Assembly: GCA_031370645.1 (NCBI GenBank)
Contig: JANMQV010000150.1
Span: forward strand, 1 to 10,056
Direction of reading: 5' to 3'
Source: Candidatus Eiseniibacteriota bacterium
GTDB lineage: Bacteria > Eisenbacteria > RBG-16-71-46 > SZUA-252
Length of the DNA stretch: 10,056 nucleotides
The position numbers were made by a program, and so were the translations under genes. The notes beneath the pieces are model-generated. The model saw nothing but the letters and a program-made list of their open reading frames with translations, was not told the origin of the DNA and did no database searches. Shown one piece after another: positions 5,505 through 10,056 of the stretch. Within the stretch, counting starts at the first letter, position 1. The number at the start of each line of letters is the position of its first letter.

Positions 5505-8171
5505 ATGAACAAGCGAGTCGCACTGCTGGCCTGCTGCATGTTGGCCCTCGGCGCCCCGCCGCGCGCCGCGGGGGCCGCCCCCGATTCCCTCCTGGCGACA
5601 GTTCCCTCGATCGGGGCAGCCCGTTTCGATGGCTCGATTCGCGTCGACGGCCACCTGGACGAGCCGGCCTGGCGGCAGGCCATCCCGACGACCCGCTTCA
5701 CCCAGCGTGATCCACAGGAAGGTGCGGCAATCTCCGAGAGCACCGAAGTCAGGGTCCTGATCGGTGACGAATCGCTCTTCATCGGAGCCCGCATGTACGA
5801 CCGCGAGCCGGGAAAGATCCGCGCGCGACTCGTCCGCCGCGACGAAGATCTCGACAGCGACTTCTTCGTCGTGTTCCTGGACGGCTATCACGACCTCGTC
5901 AACGCGGTCCTCTTCCGGGTCAACCCGCTCGGTTGCGTGAACGACGCGGTCGTGGACGTGAGCGGAAATCAGGACACCTCGTGGGATCCCGTCTGGCATG
6001 CGCACTGTTCCATCGATTCTCAGGGCTGGGTCGCCGAGATCGAGATTCCCCTCTCGCAACTCCACTACAACCGCGGCGGCGACGGCGTTTGGGGCGTTCA
6101 GTTCCGCCGCTGGATCTACCGAAAGCAGGAACTGGCCGAGTTCTCGTTCGTGCCGAAGAGCCAGCAGTACTCGGTGGCCCGCTACGGCCGCTTGACGGGA
6201 ATGACCGACATCGCAACACCGCGGCATCTCGAATTGCTGCCGTTCAGCCGAGTCCGCTCGGAATATCGGCGGGTCCCCGGGACCGATCCCTTCCGCGACG
6301 GCGCCGATCAGTTCCCCGCCGCTGGGATCGACGTGAAATACGGCATGACGAGCAACCTGACGCTGAACGCCAGCGTGAATCCCGACTTCGGCGAGGTCGA
6401 GGTCGACCCGGCTGTCGTGAACCTATCGGCATTCGAGACGTTTTACCCCGAGCGGCGACCGTTCTTCGTCGAGGGCGCGGAGATCTTCAACTTCGGCCAC
6501 AACAACTCCTTTAACAACTTCAATTCGACGATTCCCTTCCACGCGCGAAGGATCGGCCGGCCGCCGCACCTCACACCGGGCGGCCCCAACGTCGTCTATA
6601 CCGACGTTCCAGAGCGAACGACCATCACCGCGGCCGGCAAACTGACCGGAAAAACCGCGAACGGCTGGACGATCGGAATCCTCGACGCGCTCACGCCGAC
6701 GGAACAGGCTGACTACAGCGACACGCTCGGCGCGATGCATCAGTCGCCCGCCGAACCGCGCACGAACTTCTTCGTCGGCCGGGCTCGACGCGACCTCCGT
6801 CATGGCGACACGATCGTGGGCGGCATGATCACCTCCGTGAACCGCGACGACGTCGACGCGGACCTCACCTCGATACTTCGCCGCGACGCGCTCGCGGGTG
6901 GGCTCGACCTGAATCACTACTGGGCGGGACGCGCGTGGTCGCTCGACGCGAACATCCTCGCGAGTCGCATTCGTGGAAGCACCGACGCCATCGCCACCGC
7001 GCAGCAATCGAGCGCGCGCTACTTCCAGCGCCCCGACGCCGAACACCTCACATTCGATCCGACACGGACCTCGCTCAGCGGAGTCGCCGGGCTCGTGTCG
7101 CTCAACAAGACCGCCGGGAAGCATGGACGCGGGAGCCTGACCTACCAGGATTGGAGCCCCGGCTTCGAGATCAACGACCTTGGATTCCAGAACGCCGCCG
7201 ACAGCCGCGGCATTTCCTCGCTCGCGATGTATACGGAGAACACGCCGGGGAAGATCTTCCGCACCTACACGATCTTCACGTTCTCGAACTTTTCGTGGAA
7301 TTACGACGGCGACCAGACCTTCAACGCCCATGCGCTCCACCTTGAGGGGCAGATCAAGAACTACTGGTCGGGGTATGTGCGCGGCACGTGGTACCCGGGG
7401 AGCATGGATGACCGCCTGACGCGAGGCGGCCCGTTGAGCCGCTTCCCCGCGGGCGGGAACCTCACCGCCAGGGTCGACTCCGACAGCCGGAAGTCGATCA
7501 CGTACGGTGGAACCGGCACCACCGCATGGGACGAAGCCGGCGGAATCATTCACGCGGTCAGTCCCTATCTCTCGATCCGCCCGATGTCGGCGCTTCGCAT
7601 CACGTTCGAGCCGGGACTTCGCTGGAGCCGCGACAACGCGCAGTACATCCAGAGGGTCGACGATCCGCTAGCCACCGCGACGTACGGCGATCGCTACGTC
7701 TTCGCCACGCTTGACCAGACGACGCTCAACCTCGACACGAGAATCGACTGGACCTTCTCGCCGCGACTCTCGCTTCAGTGCTACATACAGCCGCTGATCG
7801 TGACGGGCGACTATTTCGACATGAAGGAGCTCCGGCGCTCGAGCACGTATGACTTCGACGTCTACGGCAAGCACCGAGGCACGATCGCTCCCGACAGCCT
7901 CGGAGGGTTTCGGGTCGATCCGGACGGCGCGGGCCCTGCGATGGACTTCAACGTCCCGCCTCAGAACTTCAATTTCCGGTCGCTACTCGGAAACGCGATT
8001 CTGCGCTGGGAATATCGCTCCGGTTCGGCGCTCTTCCTGGTCTGGCAGCAGCACCGCGAGGCGGTGGAGGACGTCGGCGACTTCCGCTTCTCGCGCGATT
8101 TGAAGGGCGTCTTCAAGGCGCCGACCGAGAACGTGCTCGCGCTGAAATTGACGTACTGGCTGGGGGTGTAG
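5505..8171 (+). CDS. Exported/outer-membrane protein with N-terminal CBM9-like sugar-binding domain and DUF5916 domain (888 aa)
   Basis: The likely start is ATG 5505 with GGAGG at 5496-5500, followed by a signal peptide (MNKRVALLACCMLALGAPPRAAGA). CBM9-like motifs are IRVDGHLDEPAW and GWVAEIEIPLSQL. DUF5916-type motifs are LTLNASVNPDFGEVEVD and FYPERRPFFVEG. The C-terminus (LRWEYRSGSALFLVW...LKLTYWLGV) resembles a beta-barrel end. Confidence 0.88.
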   Translation: MNKRVALLACCMLALGAPPRAAGAAPDSLLATVPSIGAARFDGSIRVDGHLDEPAWRQAIPTTRFTQRDPQEGAAISESTEVRVLIGDESLFIGARMYDREPGKIRARLVRRDEDLDSDFFVVFLDGYHDLVNAVLFRVNPLGCVNDAVVDVSGNQDTSWDPVWHAHCSIDSQGWVAEIEIPLSQLHYNRGGDGVWGVQFRRWIYRKQELAEFSFVPKSQQYSVARYGRLTGMTDIATPRHLELLPFSRVRSEYRRVPGTDPFRDGADQFPAAGIDVKYGMTSNLTLNASVNPDFGEVEVDPAVVNLSAFETFYPERRPFFVEGAEIFNFGHNNSFNNFNSTIPFHARRIGRPPHLTPGGPNVVYTDVPERTTITAAGKLTGKTANGWTIGILDALTPTEQADYSDTLGAMHQSPAEPRTNFFVGRARRDLRHGDTIVGGMITSVNRDDVDADLTSILRRDALAGGLDLNHYWAGRAWSLDANILASRIRGSTDAIATAQQSSARYFQRPDAEHLTFDPTRTSLSGVAGLVSLNKTAGKHGRGSLTYQDWSPGFEINDLGFQNAADSRGISSLAMYTENTPGKIFRTYTIFTFSNFSWNYDGDQTFNAHALHLEGQIKNYWSGYVRGTWYPGSMDDRLTRGGPLSRFPAGGNLTARVDSDSRKSITYGGTGTTAWDEAGGIIHAVSPYLSIRPMSALRITFEPGLRWSRDNAQYIQRVDDPLATATYGDRYVFATLDQTTLNLDTRIDWTFSPRLSLQCYIQPLIVTGDYFDMKELRRSSTYDFDVYGKHRGTIAPDSLGGFRVDPDGAGPAMDFNVPPQNFNFRSLLGNAILRWEYRSGSALFLVWQQHREAVEDVGDFRFSRDLKGVFKAPTENVLALKLTYWLGV

Positions 8172-8176
8172 GGGCC

Positions 8177-8542
8177 CTACGTGACGATGCGGCCGCCGAA
8201 GGCCACCCGATCGAGGCCCGGCGGCTCGTAGATGAGGTGGATGTCGTTCGCGCTTCGACCGCACGCGCCGGCGATGGCGGTCGTGAGTGCGGCCACCTCA
8301 GCGGCAAGCGCGGCGCCCTGCGGTGGCGATTTCTCGAGGATCGTCACGAAGACCGGCGCGGCGTCGGCTGGGGTACCGCCGTTCTCGGCGTAGTTGGCGG
8401 AAGCGATCGTGGAGATGCGGACCCACACGCTTCGGGGAGGGGCGCCGAGCGCGTGCGCCGCGGCGTCAGCGATTCGCTGAGCCAGATCAGGCTGGCGAGA
8501 CCAACCAGGCGACTCCACGATTTCGACTTCGAGAATCGGCAC
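8177..8542 (-). CDS. Tautomerase-superfamily protein (4-oxalocrotonate tautomerase-like, two fused beta-alpha-beta units), 121 aa
   Basis: GTG at 8542 with GGAGGA SD 5 nt upstream gives MPILEVEIV, with the diagnostic Pro-1 after Met removal. Unit ends are NYAENGG and RVAFGG, and the second unit starts at PVFVTIL. The ORF-track start at 8602 lies inside the tRNA and is wrong. Confidence 0.82.
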   Translation of the reverse strand: MPILEVEIVESPGWSRQPDLAQRIADAAAHALGAPPRSVWVRISTIASANYAENGGTPADAAPVFVTILEKSPPQGAALAAEVAALTTAIAGACGRSANDIHLIYEPPGLDRVAFGGRIVT

Positions 8543-8578
8543 GAGAGTCCTCCGCGCACCGGAGAGGGGTCGAAGATG

Positions 8579-8651
8579 TGGGCCCTGTTGGACTCGAACC
8601 AACGACTCTCTGCTTAAAAGGCAGATGCTCTACCACCTGAGCTAAGGGCCC
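8579..8651 (-). tRNA. tRNA-Lys (anticodon UUU), CCA not encoded
   Basis: Sequence GGGCCCTTAGCTCAGGTGGTAGAGCATCTGCCTTTTAAGCAGAGAGTCGTTGGTTCGAGTCCAACAGGGCCCA. Acceptor stem GGGCCCT/AGGGCCC, D arm GCTC/GAGC, anticodon arm TCTGC-CTTTTAA-GCAGA, T arm GTTGG-TTCGAGT-CCAAC. It is followed by CAT rather than CCA. Confidence 0.98.
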
Positions 8652-8669
8652 ATCTTTTGACGGGACCGT

Positions 8670-8678
8670 AGGTTAGCA
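8670..8678 (-). promoter_or_regulatory. Candidate extended -10 promoter of tRNA-Lys
   Basis: TG-C-TAACCT lies 18 nt upstream of the tRNA 5' end. There is no good -35 element. Confidence 0.4.
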
Positions 8679-9042
8679 TGATTCCACTTGGGCCGCATTA
8701 CCGCAACTGACCCAGTAAGTGATCCGGCCTGGGCCCAAACTCGCTCCAATTCCCGACGGACGGCTGCATCGGACAGGCGCGACTAGCGTTGCCTTATCAC
8801 GACCGACGCATGATCCAGGAGCGCCTGCCCGGCGGGCAGGGGTATCCCGGCCCCGAGCCAAAAACGCGCCACCGTATCACATTTCCATTGCATCCGACAC
8901 TTTCGATGGCTAGCATTTGAATTGGTGTAGTGTCGAGTCCGGACACGAAGCGTGCTCGAATTCGGTCCAGCCTCGGCACTCGGCTATCGGGGGGGCAAAG
9001 GGAGGATGATTTTCCCTACCAACCCAGAAGAAGGAGCTAGCG

Positions 9043-9936
9043 GTGAGTAATCCAACTCATGGAATCAGGAAATTCGTGGCCCTGCTTGCACTAGCGGCAG
9101 TGGCCACGCTTCTTTGCCCTCCTGTAGCGTCGGCCCTGCTACTGGGATCGGCGCAGAGCTTCGCAGTCCTGGGTCACGAGGGAGTGACCAATGGCCATAG
9201 CGATCCGAACGCGCCAACCCAAGTCTATGGGGATCTGGGTGTGACGCCTGGAACTTCGGTCACCGGCTTTGATCCAGACGGGACCGTGAGCGGAGGGTCG
9301 ATACATGTAAATGATGCGGTTGCGCAACTTGGTTTGGCGGATGCATTGATTGCGTACAATACGCTAGCGGGCATGTCGGCCACTTACGACTGGACCGGCC
9401 AGGTTCTGGGTTCGCCGGGACACGATACGCTCACGCCAGGTGTCTATTATTTTGCCTCGTCGGCTCAGTTGACAGGAGAGCTTACTCTCGACTTCCAGGG
9501 GAACCCCGATGCGCTCTTCGTTTTCCAGATAGGGAGTACGCTCACGACCGCAAGCAGCTCTTCGATAAATGTCATCAATGGGAATTCGCTCAGCGGCGTG
9601 TATTGGCAGGTTGGAAGTTCTGCGACTTTGGGCTCGGATACTGTGTTCGCAGGAAATATTCTTGCTCTCGCGAGTGTTGGACTTGATCCTCGCGCCGAGA
9701 TCCTGTGCGGGAGAGCCTTCGCGCTGACCGGGTCGGTGACGTTGACGGACAATCTTATTTCCAACAATAACACCGCCCAAGACTTCGGAAGCGACCGCTC
9801 CGACTTCGGCAGCTACGGCTTCAGCGGCACGCCGCCGATTCCGGAACCCAGCACGACGCTCCTCCTTGGCGCCGGCATTCTTTGCCTGGTGGCTGGTGTC
9901 AGAATGAAAAGAAGGAAGAATGTAGTCGGCGCCTGA
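9043..9936 (+). CDS. Ice-binding family protein (DUF3494/IBP-1 beta-solenoid) with signal peptide and C-terminal PEP-CTERM sorting signal
   Basis: GTG start with AAGGAG SD, and a signal peptide ending PVASA. DUF3494 motifs are [78 protein letters not shown] and [12 protein letters not shown]. The C-terminus [27 protein letters not shown] consists of PEP, a TM helix and a basic cluster. Confidence 0.95.
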   Translation: MSNPTHGIRKFVALLALAAVATLLCPPVASALLLGSAQSFAVLGHEGVTNGHSDPNAPTQVYGDLGVTPGTSVTGFDPDGTVSGGSIHVNDAVAQLGLADALIAYNTLAGMSATYDWTGQVLGSPGHDTLTPGVYYFASSAQLTGELTLDFQGNPDALFVFQIGSTLTTASSSSINVINGNSLSGVYWQVGSSATLGSDTVFAGNILALASVGLDPRAEILCGRAFALTGSVTLTDNLISNNNTAQDFGSDRSDFGSYGFSGTPPIPEPSTTLLLGAGILCLVAGVRMKRRKNVVGA

Positions 9937-10056
9937 GCACCGGCGCCAGCGCGCGCCCGGTGTGGGAGTCCGATTCGACCACCGCTTCGGGCGTGCCTGC
10001 CAGTACCACCCGCCCGCCGTTGGCGCCGCCTTCGGGGCCGAGGTCGATGACCCTCG
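9899..10056 (-). CDS. uvrA: C-terminal end of excinuclease ABC subunit A (UvrA family), partial, possibly a remnant
   Basis: Manual translation from 10054: [68 protein letters not shown]...SHTG is the UvrA C-terminal signature. The stop codon is at 9901-9899, inside the convergent ice-binding gene. Confidence 0.85.
   Translation of the reverse strand, partial: RVIDLGPEGGANGGRVVLAGTPEAVVESDSHTGRALAPVLRRRLHSSFFSF

Noticed and set aside
4280-7553. Other long alternative-frame ORFs (4280-5794, 4962-6227, 6423-7553 and similar)
   Set aside because: These are Arg/Pro/Gly-rich shadow ORFs overlapping well-supported genes, with no domain motifs.
8168-8586. GGGCCCT at 8172-8178 matching the tRNA 3' end (possible att duplication around the tautomerase), and palindrome GTAGGG-G-CCCTAC between the convergent stops
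   Set aside because: The match is only 7 bp and recurs at 7931. There is no integrase, and the palindrome is largely a product of two facing TAG codons and has no U-tract.
5204-8786. Identical 12-mer AGGCGCGACTAG at 5204-5215 and 8775-8786, both intergenic
   Set aside because: Several 12-bp matches are expected by chance in 10 kb of GC-rich DNA. The match does not extend, and its position relative to genes is inconsistent.
8907-8922. TGGCTAGCATTTGAAT as a sigma54 promoter for the PEP-CTERM gene
   Set aside because: The spacing is GG-N9-GA rather than the required GG-N10-GC.
9006-9050. 14-aa upstream [17 protein letters not shown] overlapping the IBP start
   Set aside because: GGAGG abuts the ATG with no spacer, and the peptide shows no leader-peptide features.
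9781-9813. Direct repeat GACTTCGG(A/C)AGC
   Set aside because: It is explained by the DFGS peptide duplication in the linker. With two copies only, it is not CRISPR-like.

Overview
High-GC bacterial chromosomal window. The protein content suggests a diderm FCB-group organism such as Candidatus Eisenbacteria, which is an inference. On the minus strand, in transcription order: a 924-aa secreted protein with a T9SS-type C-terminal sorting domain (5166-2392), an EamA/DMT transporter, an atypical NarL/LuxR-family regulator, and the 5' part of a Tat-exported Rieske Fe-S protein (220-1, missed by the ORF track). Divergently on the plus strand lies a CBM9-like/DUF5916 outer-membrane protein behind an ECF-sigma-like promoter. 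Next come tRNA-Lys(UUU) and a Pro-1 tautomerase on the minus strand, then a DUF3494 ice-binding-family protein with a PEP-CTERM anchor and atypical codon usage on the plus strand. Its 3' end overlaps the 3' end of a convergent uvrA-like frame, also missed by the ORF track. No CRISPR array, integrase or transposase was seen. The most unusual elements are: (i) the regulator, which combines a histone-H1-like basic tail, a non-phosphorylatable receiver and a 3-Cys insertion, directly upstream of the Rieske gene; (ii) the apparently foreign surface-anchored ice-binding gene joined to the uvrA end; and (iii) an 8-Cys module bracketed by a duplicated motif in the T9SS-type protein. All calls come from reading motifs by eye, and no database searches were run.
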